Source: Octopus sinensis (Eukaryota). From it: DNA of 64,000 nt. Shown one piece after another: positions 1-12,263 of this stretch (its first letter is position 1; the number at the start of each line of letters is the position of its first letter). Made by a program: the position numbers and the translations under genes. The notes beneath the pieces are model-generated. The model had not been told where the DNA came from, ran no database searches, and worked only from the letters and a program-made list of their open reading frames with translations. Where the stretch lies: assembly GCF_006345805.1 (NCBI RefSeq), contig NC_043019.1:6075360-6139359 (forward strand), in the 5' to 3' direction.

Positions 1-1066
1 TCTTTTGAATGCAGAGAGTTCCGAGGTCCAAATTTTGTTTATTCGGCTGTATTATTCTTCAATGACACGTGTTTTGTTACAGGTGCTATTGTAAGATATA
101 TATTTTCATCCATTCCTAGATACCTGTAACATTCCTCGTCAGATACAGGGGAAACAGTCAAATCAGTGATGGAGATGTCACTAGTCTGGTTTATGGTTTT
201 CCCCCTTTTCACAACCACATAACAACATTTATCCTGATCAAGCTCCAACCCTACATCCTTTGAGAATGTCGTAACTAGATCGAGGCTCTTTTTCATCCCA
301 TGCATATTCTTTGCATAAAGTTTCAAGTCATCCACAAAGAAACAGCGTGTAATTATGGTATTTCTGTTTCCTTGTGAACCAGTGAGATATCCTTCAGACT
401 TCCTTAACATGAATGACGAGGGGTTTACAGAAAGTATAAACAACAACACAGAGAGGCTGTCCCCACCAGCCTTGGAATATGGCTTTGTGATATTGTATTC
501 TATCAGCGGTAATATAGTCACTCTTTGTGTTTAATTTCAAGATAGTGACCCACGATGAGTCAGGTCAGCTATGTCTTTGATTATGCTCACTGGAACTTTC
601 GTAAGTTGAAGGGCTTCTAGCATCCATGAGTGGGGAACAGAGTCAAAGGCTTTCTTGTAGTCTAGCCACGTTGAACCTAGCTTTCTCCTATGCTCTCGCA
701 CCTCTGACATCACAATTTTGTTGATTAACAATTGCTCGGCACATCCCCAGACTCCCTTCTTCCCAGCTGCTTGTTCTGCTGTGATAATGTTATTGGTTTC
801 ACAATGGTCCTGGAGGAAGAGGTTTAAACATGCTGTATATATCTTATACATTATGATCTAAAATGCAATTGGCCGGTAGTTTCTCTTGCCATGTGCGTGA
901 TTCTTCATTTGGGAATCAATTTTTTCTCTGCCAGACTAACCAAAGTAGTGTGCTACAGTTCCTATTAAGAGCTTTCTGGTACAGATTAATAAGATATGGT
1001 CGGTAAAAGGTTAGCTTCTTGTACCAGTATCCAACAATCAATTCTCTTCCAGGTGCTTGTCATTCT
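1..1066 (-). mobile_element. Decayed reverse-transcriptase region of an R4/Dong-like (RLE-type) non-LTR retrotransposon
   Basis: Frameshifted ORFs give NYRPIA..IMYKIYT, WLDYKKAFDSVPH, FFVDDLKLYA and YRYLG motifs. Confidence 0.85.
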
Positions 1067-1104
1067 TGTATGTATGTATGTATGTATGTATGTATGTATG
1101 TATG

Positions 1105-1132
<28 letters not shown>
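1067..1132. repeat. (TATG)n microsatellite
   Basis: Pure tandem TATG; a degenerate array follows at ~1398-1590. Confidence 0.95.
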
Positions 1133-1135
<3 letters not shown>

Positions 1136-2103
1136 TAACACGTACATAGATACTAACATACAAACATGCATACATATATACACACATACATACATAGTTA
1201 CACACATACATATGTATATAAAATTGAAGATTTACTGCTCAGTTTCAATAACTGCTGTCTACTTTGTAGATTTGCTTTAAAATCCAAAATATAAACCATC
1301 TTGATGAATACCCACCCGGGGGCTAAACAGCAACAACAACAGCAATAGCAGCTAAGCAGCCATCACATCTGCTAACTTTAAACAATTGTATATAACTATG
1401 TACGTATGTAACTATGTATGTATGTATTATGTATGTATGTATGTATGTATGTATGTATGAATGTGTGTATGTATGTATGTATGTATGTATGTATGTATTA
1501 TGTATGTATGTATGTATGTATGTGAATATGTATGTGAGTATGTATGTATTATGTATGTATGTATGTATGTATTATGTATATATGTAAGTATGTTAGTATG
1601 AATCTACGTGTTATTCCATACGATCCAAAATGCCTTTGAATGTCGTATCGTATCCCTTTTTCATATTTCATATTTCCATAGTCTTTAAATAGGTAAAATA
1701 TTTTTATAGTCTTCAGATAGTCTGTCTCTTTCTATTCCTTTGTGAATGCATCGTAGGTGGGTAGTAGAAACTTTGAAGGAACAGTTTGGGTGCAGAGTAT
1801 TGATGGTTTAAGCTGGAGCAGCCGACAGAGGAGAAGAAGAATGAGAAGAAGAAAAAGATGAAGGAGGAGGAGGAGAAGGAGAAGATGAAGGCAGGAATAG
1901 AAGTAGGAGTAGAGAAACAAGAGGGAGAAGGAGAAAGAAAAGGAAAGAAAATACAGGAGTGCTGTGACAGAGTAGAAATGTAAAAAACCCGAAAAATACT
2001 AAGAAGCACACATAATTTCTACATAAATAGTGACGTAGATTGCCTCTATCTAAAACGAAAAGAAAGCGGCAGAAGTCTCAAAATCGATCCAAAATACCTT
2101 TGA

Positions 2104-2382
2104 ATGTGGTATAACCCAGAGGACAAAGAAATAAGTACCCATGGTATGGTAGAAGCCATAGTCACTCATAATAAAAAGAAGTGCTGGTGGAATGTTTCAG
2201 TGACGACCTCAATAAAATGTAATCACAACAGACATGATATAATGATGTACATAGTTGTGGAAATTAGCTGCCCTGCGGATGTTAATATGAAGCTGAAGAT
2301 CAGTGAAAAAGAGAATATCTACTCTGAACTATTGAGAAATCTGCAGTTACTCTATCCAGATTGCAAGTTCCGATTTATACCT
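2104..2382 (+). mobile_element. Restriction-like endonuclease fragment of an R4-like LINE
   Basis: WWNVSV..HNRHDI..VEISCPADVN..SEKENIY..L; same family as 44222-44535. Confidence 0.75.
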
Positions 2383-2536
2383 AGATATAAATACTGGAAT
2401 ATGAATGGTATATGGGATGTATGGAGATCAATGGGATTATCCGTATTGGTAAGGTGAGTAGTGTCCTTACCAATGCCGATAATCCCATTGATCTCCGTGC
2501 ATCCCATACACCATTCATATTCCAGTATCTATATCT
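2383..2536. repeat. 154-bp foldback insertion (72-bp arms, 10-nt loop) flanked by ACCT direct repeats
   Basis: 2383-2454 is the reverse complement of 2465-2536 with 6 mismatches; ACCT at 2379-2382 and 2537-2540. Confidence 0.9.
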
Positions 2537-2690
2537 ACCTTAATTGCATTACTTCCAGAACTGCTTACGTCCCTTGCATGTAATCTTTTCACTCAGGTAC
2601 TATTAGACCCACTGTTTGGTAATCGATGTTCATCCAAAGTCAGTGATCAGCTCTGACGAAACCGGTATGTCTTTGAATCTCTATAATGAT

Positions 2691-3095
2691 TACTCTTTTA
2701 CTTGTTTCAGTCATTTGACTGTGGCCATGCTGGAGCACTGCCTTCAATCGAGCAAATCGACCACAGGACTTATTCTTTGTAAGCCTAGTACATATTCTAT
2801 CGGTCTCTCTTGCCGAACCGCTAAGTTACGGGGACGTAAACACACCAGCATCGGTTATCAAGTGATGTTGAGGAGACAAAGACGGACACACAAACACACA
2901 CATACATACATATATATATATATACACATATACAACGGGCTTCTTTCAGTTTCCGTCTACCAAATCCACTCCCGAGGCTTTGGTCGGCCCGAAGCTATAG
3001 TAGAAGGCACTTGCCCAAGGTGCCACGCAGTGGGACTGAACCTGGAACCTTGTTGTTCGTAAGCAAGCTACTTACCACACAGCCACTCCCGCGCC
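2691..3095 (-). mobile_element. SINE family A (tRNA-like head, internal microsatellite, CR1-like tail)
   Basis: Matches the copies at 6175, 35105 and 52615; head GGCGCAGGAGTGGCTGTGTGGTAAG..GGTTCAGTCCC has pol III A/B-box-like motifs. Confidence 0.9.
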
Positions 3096-3934
3096 TATGA
3101 GTCCAGCCACCGGATACCGAAATAATATTAACGATAATCATAATAATGTTTTTTATACTTCATAATTCCACTTCAAATCATCTAATTTTACGTATATGTC
3201 TTTGCTTTTCTTAAAAGAGCCTTTATTTTTTATATCTAATGTGCATTTTCTTTGTTTTCTTTTTACTTTTCCCCTATTTATGCCACGTGTAATCATTTTT
3301 CTTTGAAACCTATTTCTATATATATATATATATATTATATATATATATATATATTACGTTATATAATTAGGGCTCAGTAAAATAATTTACTTTGCCACAT
3401 ACTGAAATTTTTAGAAATAGCAGCCAAACAGTTTTTTAGCCATTTCCACTACTTTAAGAAGAGTCTCCCAGATAGTGTTTACTCAAAAATAATTCACGTA
3501 GATATGGAGGGAAAATACAAAATATCACATGTACAAAGATTATTTTACATACTGAACACTACTTGGTGAAATTAATTAATAATTAATTGATTTTACCCTT
3601 AATCATTGATAATATATATATATACAAGTTTGGCCAAAAGTCACCTGACAGTAAATCAAAACCATTTAATTCCAAGATTTGTTTATGTCTCACAAATGAA
3701 TGAATTTAATAAAAGCGTCTAAATATGAAGCATCATGAAAATTGTTCGAACTGAAGTCCTTCTTGAGCGATACATTCTTCTACTCGCGCCAATACAGATT
3801 TACAGATAGCATTTATGGAACTTTGATTTACTGTCGGTTGACTTTCGGCCAACCTTGTATATATATATGTGGGGGGGTGTATTGTGAAACGTTAGATGTA
3901 CCGATGAATATTTTTGGTAGGCTTAGCGGCAGAA

Positions 3935-4195
3935 GTGGAGGTGCGTGGCTTAGTGGTTAGGTTGTCAGCATTATGATCGTAAGATTGTGGTTTCGATTCC
4001 TGGACCGGGCGACGCGTTATGTTCTTGAGCAAAACACTTCATTTCACGCTGCTCTAGTCCACTCAGCTGGCAAAAATGAGTAATCTTATGACAGACTAGT
4101 GTCCTGTCCACGTGAGGAACGCACACGCCATTGAAGCCGGGAAACCGGGCCCATGAGCCTGGCTAGGCTTTAAAAGGGCGCATTTATTTATTTAA
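3935..4195 (+). mobile_element. tRNA-derived SINE, family D-like head
   Basis: GTGGCTTAGTGGTTAG..GTTTCGATTCC head and TTCTTGAGCAAAACAC core shared with 37870 and 51771. Confidence 0.8.
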
Positions 4196-4196
4196 A

Positions 4197-4225
4197 TATA
4201 TGTGTGTGTGTGTGTGTGTGTGTAC

Positions 4226-4258
<33 letters not shown>

Positions 4259-5399
4259 TGTATGTATGTATGTATGTGTGTCTGTCTGTCTGTCTGTATG
4301 TATGTATGTATGTATGTATGTGTGTATGTATGTATGTATGTATGTATGTATGTGTGTGTGTATGTATGTATGCATGTATGTATGTATGTATGCATGTATT
4401 ATGTATGTATGTATGTATGTGTGTGTGTGTATGTATGTATGTATGTATGTATGTATGTATGTATGTATGTATGTATGTATGTGTGTATGTATGTGTGTAT
4501 GTATGTATGTATGTATGTATGTATGCATGTATGTATGTATGTATGCATGTATTATGTATGTATGTATGTATGTTTGTATGTATGTATGTATGTATGTATG
4601 TATGAATGTATATATGTATGCATGTATGTATGTATGTATGTGTGTATGTATGTGTGTATGTATGTATGTTTGTATGTATGTATGTGTGTATGTATGTGTG
4701 TATGTATGTATGTATGTATGTATGTATGCATGTATGTATGTATGTATGTATGTATGTATGTATGTGTGTATGTATGTATGTATGTATGTATGTTTGTATG
4801 TATGTATGTGTGTATGTATGTATGTATGTATGTATGTATGTATGTATGTATGTGTGTGTATGTATGTGTGTATGTATGTATGTATGTATGTATGTATGTG
4901 TGTGTGTATGTATGTATGCATGTATGTATGTATGTATGCATGTATTATGTATGTATGTATGTATGTATGTATGTATGTATGTTTGTATGTATGTATGCAT
5001 GTATGTATGTATGTATGTATGTATGTATGTATGTATGTGTGTATGTATGTATGTATGTATGTATCTTTGTATGTATGTATGTGTGTATGTATGTATGTAT
5101 GTATGTATGTATGTATGTATGTATGTATGTATGTGTGTATGTATGTGTGTATGTATGTATGTATGTATGTATGTATGTATGTATGTATGTATGTATGTAT
5201 GTATGTATGTATGTATGTATGTATGTATGTATGTATGTATGTATGTATGTATGTGTGTATGTATGTATGTATGTATGTATGCATGTATGTATGTTTGTAT
5301 GTATGTATGTGTGTATGTATGTATGTATGTATGTATGTGTGTATGTATGTGTGTATGTATGCATGTATGAATGTATGTATGTATGTGTGTATGTATGTA
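4197..5399. repeat. 1.2-kb (TATG/TG)n microsatellite array
   Basis: Continuous TATG with TG/CATG variants; source of the spurious 400-aa ORFs. Confidence 0.97.
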
Positions 5400-5445
5400 A
5401 GTCCATTGTTGCTTTATGCTTTTATTTAGCGTTTTCATTATCAGT

Positions 5446-5538
5446 GTAAAACATATTCAATTCATTTATAAATTTTATTTGTTCATTTTTAGATTTCTAT
5501 TTCATTTTTTCATTCTTTTCAAGTCACTTTATTACTTA
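5446..5538 (+). repeat. 93-bp direct repeat, copy 1 (copy 2 at 6786-6878)
   Basis: GTAAAACATATTC...TTATTACTTA identical except for one base. Confidence 0.9.
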
Positions 5539-5820
5539 TACATGAAGTGCTCTTCATTATAACCCAGTTTCTCGTGCAGATTAGTAGCGAACTACAACTA
5601 CCAAAATGTATTCAAATCGAAATAAGCGAAACAGAGATCTAAACACGAGACACAACAGGACCTACGGTGCTCCAAAACTTTTTGTACAGCCGCGATGCAC
5701 TAATGCATGATTGGTCGAAACGATCGTAGTGAATAACAAAGTGTCTGTGAATTCCATTTTCTTTCTCTTATATTTTGAGTGTGTTTACGTGCGTGCGTAC
5801 GTGAGAGCGTGAGTGCGTGC

Positions 5821-5863
<43 letters not shown>

Positions 5864-6174
5864 TGTGTGTGTGTGTATCTAAGCATGTACGTTTGCATTA
5901 TTCATATATATGGTATTGCTTCCTTACTCGCCCTATTCGCCAATTTATCACTTGTGGACTTCCATCGCTACCCCAAAATGAAAATGTAGCTCAAAGGTCG
6001 CCGTTTGAACACCATTGTCGGTATCCAGAGCGAATTGCTCAAGGTCCTCATCTCGCTTACGGAAAAGTAGCAGGAACGCCGGGACTGGTGTACTGCTGCG
6101 CAAGGTGACTATTTCGAAGGAGATGATATAAAAACTTAGGTAAATAAGTTATTTTTATATGAAACATAACTATA

Positions 6175-6677
6175 GGCGCAGGAGTGGCTGTGTGGTAAGT
6201 AGCTTGCTTACCAACCACATGGGTCCGGGTTCAGTCCCACTGCGTGGCATCTTGGGCAAGTGTCTTCTGCTATAGCCTCAGGCCGACCAAAGCCTCGTGA
6301 GTGGATTTGGTAGACGGAAACTGAAAGAAGCCTGTCGTATATATGTATATATATATATGTATGTGTGTGTGTTTGTGTGTCTGTGTTTGTCCCCCTAGCA
6401 TTGCTTGACAACCGATGCTGGTGTGTTTACGTCCTCGTCACTTAGCAGTTCGGCAAAAAGTTACCGATAGAATAAGTACTGGGCTTACAAAGAATAAGTC
6501 CCGGGGTCGATTTGCTCGACTAAAGGTGGTGCTCCAGGATGGTTCGTCAAAAGAGACCGATAGAATAAGTACTAGGCTTATAAAGAATAAGTCCCGGGGT
6601 CGAGTTGCTCAACTAAAGGCGGTGCTCCAGCATGGCCGCAGTCAAATGACTGAAACAAGTAAAAGAGTAAAAGAGTA
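6175..6677 (+). mobile_element. SINE family A with internal ~95-bp duplication of its 3' part
   Basis: Full head; the block from ACCGATAGAATAAG to GGTGCTCCAG occurs twice; AAAAGAGT tail. Confidence 0.92.
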
Positions 6678-7077
6678 ATCTAGGAAGTTGTTGGTATTAG
6701 TACATACATCCAGCAACATGCACATACATACACATTTTATTGTACGCAAATATATATTTGTGTGTGCATATATGAGTTTGTGTTAGTAAAACATATTCAA
6801 TTCATTTATAAATTTTATTTGTTCATTTTTAGATTCCTATTTCATTTTTTCATTCTTTTCAAGTCACTTTATTACTTAGGTAAATGTCAGGACATTGTTA
6901 GCGTTATTTGGTAACGAAAAAGCCTGTACACCTGTCGCATGGTCAGGCCGTTGGCGACTAAGCTGGTAATGCTACCAAGCCAGCATAGAGAGGATGATTT
7001 TCTTTGGACAGCCCGTCAAATAACAGATAAACTCAGCAGAGTCAACGACCATTTAACATATATATATCGTTTAGATA

Positions 7078-7463
7078 GTGGAGGCGCAATGGCCCAGTGG
7101 TTAGGGCAGCGGACTCGCGGTCATAGGATCGCGGTTTCGATTCCCAGACCGGGCGTTGTGAGTGTTTATTGAGCGAAAACACCTAAATCTCCACGAGGCT
7201 CCGGCAGGGGATGGTGGTGATCCCTGCTGTACTCTTTCACCACAACTTTCTCTCACTCTTACTTCCTGTTTGTGTTGTACCTGTATTTCAAAGGGCCGGC
7301 CTTGTCACTCTCTGTGTCACGCTGAATATCTCCGAGAACTACGTTAAGGGTACACGTGTCTGTGGAGTGCTCAGCCACTTACACGTTAATTTCACGAGCA
7401 GGTTGTTCCGTTGATTCGGATCAACCGGAACCCTCGTCGTCGTAACCGACGGAGTGCTTCCAT
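7078..7463 (+). mobile_element. SINE family C, full length
   Basis: GGCGCAATGGCCCAGTGGTTAG..GGTTTCGATTCCC head; near-identical copies at 29034 and 38369. Confidence 0.92.
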
Positions 7464-7719
7464 CCTACGTTAGATAACTATCTAGAAAAGGAGAAAGTAC
7501 GGAAGAGCAGCTGCCTCATTCTGAAGTGTGGCGCCTTCCTCTTGCTTCTTTCTGGACTACTTGGCTTTGTAGACGAGAGTTTTGGTGGTGTTGTACAAGA
7601 TGTTAGAGGTTTCATTTCAACACGGTTGTCGCTGACAACTATTTTGTTTAACATCTAGGATGAAATGATGTATCAGCGGTGTTCATGTTCTTCTAAAAGT
7701 TGATACCTACCATGCATAA

Positions 7720-8280
<561 letters not shown>

Positions 8281-8553
8281 TACAGTTGCGGCCAAAATGT
8301 TCTGAACGGCATTGTTTTCGCCAGAAAAGTAGGTATAAGTTTTTATCAAAGTTGTTTTATATTCTATAATTTTTACAGACAATAAATACAATATTAATTG
8401 TTATTGTCTGAGATTTGGGTGTAATTTGAGGGGATAATACAAAAGTTATGGATGATTTAGTGATTTACTACCAAACCTCTGGCGGCCAAAATGATCAGAA
8501 CGGTTGAAAAAAATAACAAAATAATAAAAAATGACAGAGAATACTGGAATTAT

Positions 8554-9564
8554 TTAATATTTAGTGTGAAGCCCTTTAGCTTCAATCACACTTTGACATC
8601 TTCGACTGCATGAGGAAATTAAATTTTCAATTTCTTGCTAGGTGATCTTATTCCATTCTTCCTGAAGGGCATTCCATAATTGCTCGGTTGTTTTAGGATT
8701 TCTGGCTTTTGAACGTTCTCCTAGAATATTCCACGCATTTTCAATAGGATTGAGATCTGGGCTTTGAGCAGGCCAATCCATAATAATAACCTTTTCAGCC
8801 TTCAGGAAGTTCATGACCACCTTCGCCTTGTGACATGAGGCATTGTCCTGCATGAATATGGGTGGTCGCTTAGTTGAATTTCTCAGCACAGGCAAGACAT
8901 GATCTTTTACAAGTTGTTTATAAACTCCAGCATTTACCTTTCCATGTAATCGCACCAAAGGGCCCACACCATCTCCAGATATCATCCCCCAAACCATGAC
9001 ACTTCCTCTACCGAATTTAACACTAGTCTTAAGGCATTTAGGCAACAATTTTTCACCTACTTTTCAGCGAACCTTTTCCCATCTGAGCCAAATAACATAA
9101 ACATAGATTCATCACTGAAATGCACCGTTTGCCATTTTTCTTGAGACCACAAAACATGTTCGGTTGCAAAGGTAAGACGACACTTTTTATTTTTGGAGCT
9201 GATCAGTGGCTTCACTGCTGGTGATCTTGCTTGTAGGTTATGTTCAACTAAACGATGAGACAAGTTTTTGAGATAACGTTTTCTTCAGTACAATGCTCAT
9301 TTCCCGAGAAACAGCAGCAGCAGTTTTAAATCTGTCCTTTTTAACCAACTTTACCATAGCACGATCTTCTCTCTTGGTCGTTTTTCTTGGCCTATCTGTA
9401 GACTTTCTTGCTTCACACGAACCACAATCATCGAAGACCTTAAGAATACCGTGAACAACACTTTTTGACTTGTTAACAATCTTTGCAATAGACCCAATAC
9501 TTAAATTATCCTTCTTTCGAAGCTTAATAATCTGCTGACGAATTGATAACGGAGTAAGTGGCAT
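8554..9564 (-). pseudogene. Tc1 DD34E transposase, frameshifted (~337 codons)
   Basis: HTH N-terminus (MPLTPLSIRQQII), FSDES, VMVWG, MQDNASCH, WPAQSPDLNPIEN, ending ..HTKY*. Confidence 0.93.
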
Positions 9565-10164
9565 TATATTAACAAAGTACACTGCAGATATTCTTACTAA
9601 TGTTTAGTAAACGGACCTCGGCGGAATTCGAACTCAGAACTTAACGGCAGACGAAATGCGGCATGCATTTCACCCGGCGTGCTAACGGTTCTGCCAGCTC
9701 GCCGCGTTATATACATATGTATATAAAAAGAAAGAGAAAGAGCAGACATAGATACGCACTATTAAGATTTGTGTAAATGAAAGAATTATTAATTTGTCCA
9801 AAAGCAGCTGTCAGTTGGTTTTCATAAACGATGAGAATAATTGCTTTGGAAAAGAACAGCGCGCTTCCAGATATTTCTTTTCTTATTGCCCACACGGGGG
9901 TAAATATAGAAGGGACAAACAAAGACAGACAAAGGGGTGAAAGGCCAAATCGACCTCATCGGAATTTGAACTCAGAACGTAACGGCAGACGAAATACCAA
10001 TTTCTTTATTGCCCACCGGGCGCCAACAAAGAAATGGACAGAACAACTGATGGGATCAGTGAAGCGATATGATTTTACGTATAATGTGACTTAAATACAA
10101 TATAACAAAATACAAAGTTATATCTTGATATCGCTAGTGATAACAATACTCAAAATATATAACA

Positions 10165-10510
10165 GACTGGAATTGTAGGCCCGTCTCTTGCAATTTCGAT
10201 CAATTGTATCTTGTCCTCCCTCTTGTATAGAAGTGTGGCTACAATCCAGCCTACTTCTACTTCTGGTGGGAGGACATTTTTAATTTTTATCCGGGACGTC
10301 CTACGTCCCAGATATAAAGGTAAAGATAAAATATTTCCACCTTGCTTCTATTGTGGCGAACTTACCGCCTCTGGTTAGATACTTGATATCTTTCATAGTC
10401 ACACCAAGACACTTTTCAATGGTGCTTTCCTCCAGGTGTTCAAATCTATTCTTTTCTCTACATTGTATACTATAAGTAAGGCATGAATGACATTGGTTGT
10501 GTAGTTCTCA
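10165..10510 (-). pseudogene. Frameshifted ORF1/gag-like N-terminal fragment (copies ~15530-15870 and ~20880-21220)
   Basis: Mosaic translation EESTIEKCLGVTMKDIKYLTRGGKFATIE / LPLYLGRRTSRIKIKNVLPPEVEVGWIVATLL resembles LINE ORF1-type proteins; pattern recognition only. Confidence 0.45.
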
Positions 10511-10563
10511 AGTTTTAGGGAAACGCACAGACAGACAAACAGACAGACACACACACTTCTCAG

Positions 10564-10641
<78 letters not shown>

Positions 10642-10644
10642 TTG

Positions 10645-11219
10645 ATAGAAGGGGGAACGGTAGGGCAAGCCCGCCACCGACTGAACAGAAAAAAAAGAAA
10701 GAAGAGGTGGAAAAGGAAGACGTAGCGAGAAAGAAAGATAACAAAAGTAAGGCGAAGAAGGGAAGTGAAAAAATAATTAAGAAGTTGGGTGACGATGAGT
10801 CAGAGAAGGAGGAAACAAGGTTGAGGACGACATGTGATTTGGCAGAAGTTTCAGAGACTCAGTTACAAGAGGGTGAGATGGAGAAACTGTTTACAGTGGA
10901 GATAGAGAAGATTGTTCCAGCCTCAGAGAAGAGTACAGAGGAACCTATATTGGGAGAGGAAGAAGGGAGAAAGCCTAGAGGAGGGAAGAAACAGTGGAGT
11001 TTTTTTTATCGATTCAAAAAACAAGGAAGTGGAAAAAGAAATTGTGAAGTTTAAAAACATCGTAAGGGTGAAAATGCCTTTAAAACATCGTAAGGTGGTT
11101 TATGAAAGACTTAGAGACAGGTGCGGTAATGGTATCGACCCTGGCGGTACGATAGTGGAGTTCAATGAGCTGCCCCAGTAATCGAACTGAGAGAGCTGGA
11201 GCAGTATATGAAGCGTTAA
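10645..11219 (+). pseudogene. Lys/Glu-rich ORF of ~190 codons, probably the C-terminal half of a retroelement ORF1/gag-like protein (copies ~15992-16561 and ~21311-21887)
   Basis: The three copies break frame at different homopolymer runs; consensus ends ..VYERLRDRCGNGIDPGGTIVEFNELPPVIELRELEQYMKR*. Confidence 0.5.
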
Positions 11220-11531
11220 AAGGAAAAAAAAGTTTTTAAAAAAGAAAGAAAGGAAGAGTATTTTTGAAGAAAAAAATACATTTATTTAACAGAAAAAAAA
11301 AGAGGAAAAATCCGATAAAATAAGACTAATAACGGAGTGTAAAAACGCTCCAAGGGTACTGCCTGTGGGGTGGGGCCCATGCAGCATTTCATTTTTTCAT
11401 TAGTATATAATATTCATTTTCATCCGTTTTATGTTTATTGTCCCCACTGTGGTGTTGTGTATGTCCTTGTAGTGTCCCTTCTGTGCTGTGGCCTTAGTGC
11501 CAAATAAAGAAATAGGAAAACCGGTGATTGT

Positions 11532-11576
11532 CGTGCGCTGATGACGGGTCAATACCCAGAAACTGCAGTCCGTACG
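11532..11576 (+). ncRNA. Minimal type I hammerhead ribozyme, copy 1
   Basis: CGTGCG-CTGATGA-C-GGGT(CAAT)ACCC-A-GAAA-CTGCAG-TC-CGTACG: intact core, palindromic stem III, GUC site. Confidence 0.8.
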
Positions 11577-12263
11577 TATCACTTAGGTTGACGAGGGAAG
11601 GATGACCTCCCTTTGCAAATACCGATAGGGCACAGAAAGTGTGCCTATAGCCAGCTGGAGATGTTCTCCTGGGGCTACAAGCTACAGTAACATCCACCCT
11701 TAGTGGTTAGCCATATTGAGATGGCAAATATACCTCACATTAGAAAAAAACCACCTTTTATCAATTCAATAAAGAAAAATTAAATTATACCATTTAGATA
11801 ATTTACATATTATAGAAAGATTAAATATAAGATAAAACATATAACGATGATTAATTAATGTTCAAAATAATTATAAAACGTATATATTTAGTAGAATAAC
11901 GACACGTGTTTCGTGGCTATATTTAAGAAATGGTAATAGTAAAAATAATAGTAGTAGTAAAATCACTTCAATATAACGTCACGTAAACAAATTCAAAACA
12001 TTAGAGTTCGCCGGTTAAATATACTAAAACATGGAGTAAAAGCAACCGTTCTGATCATTTTAGCCGCCATGGGTTTTGCAGTAAATGACTAAATCATCCA
12101 TAACTTTTGTATTATCCTCTCAAATTACACCAAAATCTCAGACAATAACAATTAATATTGTATTTATTGTCTGTGAAAATTATAGAATATAAAACAACTT
12201 TGATAAAAACTTATACCTACTTTTCTGGCGAAAACAATGCCGTTCAGAACATTTTGGACGCAA

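Noticed and set aside
1621-2112. 28-bp near-repeat CGATCCAAAAT(G/A)CCTTTGAATGT at 1621 and 2085
   Set aside because: Short, and probably two remnants of one dispersed repeat; no further structure.
2628-2680. GTCAG..CTGAC-GAAACCGGTA hammerhead-like 3' half
   Set aside because: No CUGANGA core upstream of the stem; at best a deleted remnant.
4184-5449. 350-416 aa ORFs (HTYI/MYVC repeats), and similar ones at 42-47 kb and 36.8-37.8 kb
   Set aside because: They are translations of TATG, TA, TAT/CAT and GAA microsatellites that lack stop codons; they are not genes.
7078-7150. tRNA-like sequences (also at 3935, 37870, 51771 and the SINE A and B heads)
   Set aside because: They run directly into SINE bodies repeated across the window and lack complete cloverleaves; they are SINE heads, not tRNA genes.
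11586-11625. Possible second hammerhead (TTGACGA-GGGAAGG..CCTCCC)
   Set aside because: The GAAA half and stems I and III could not be assigned; kept only as a hairpin.
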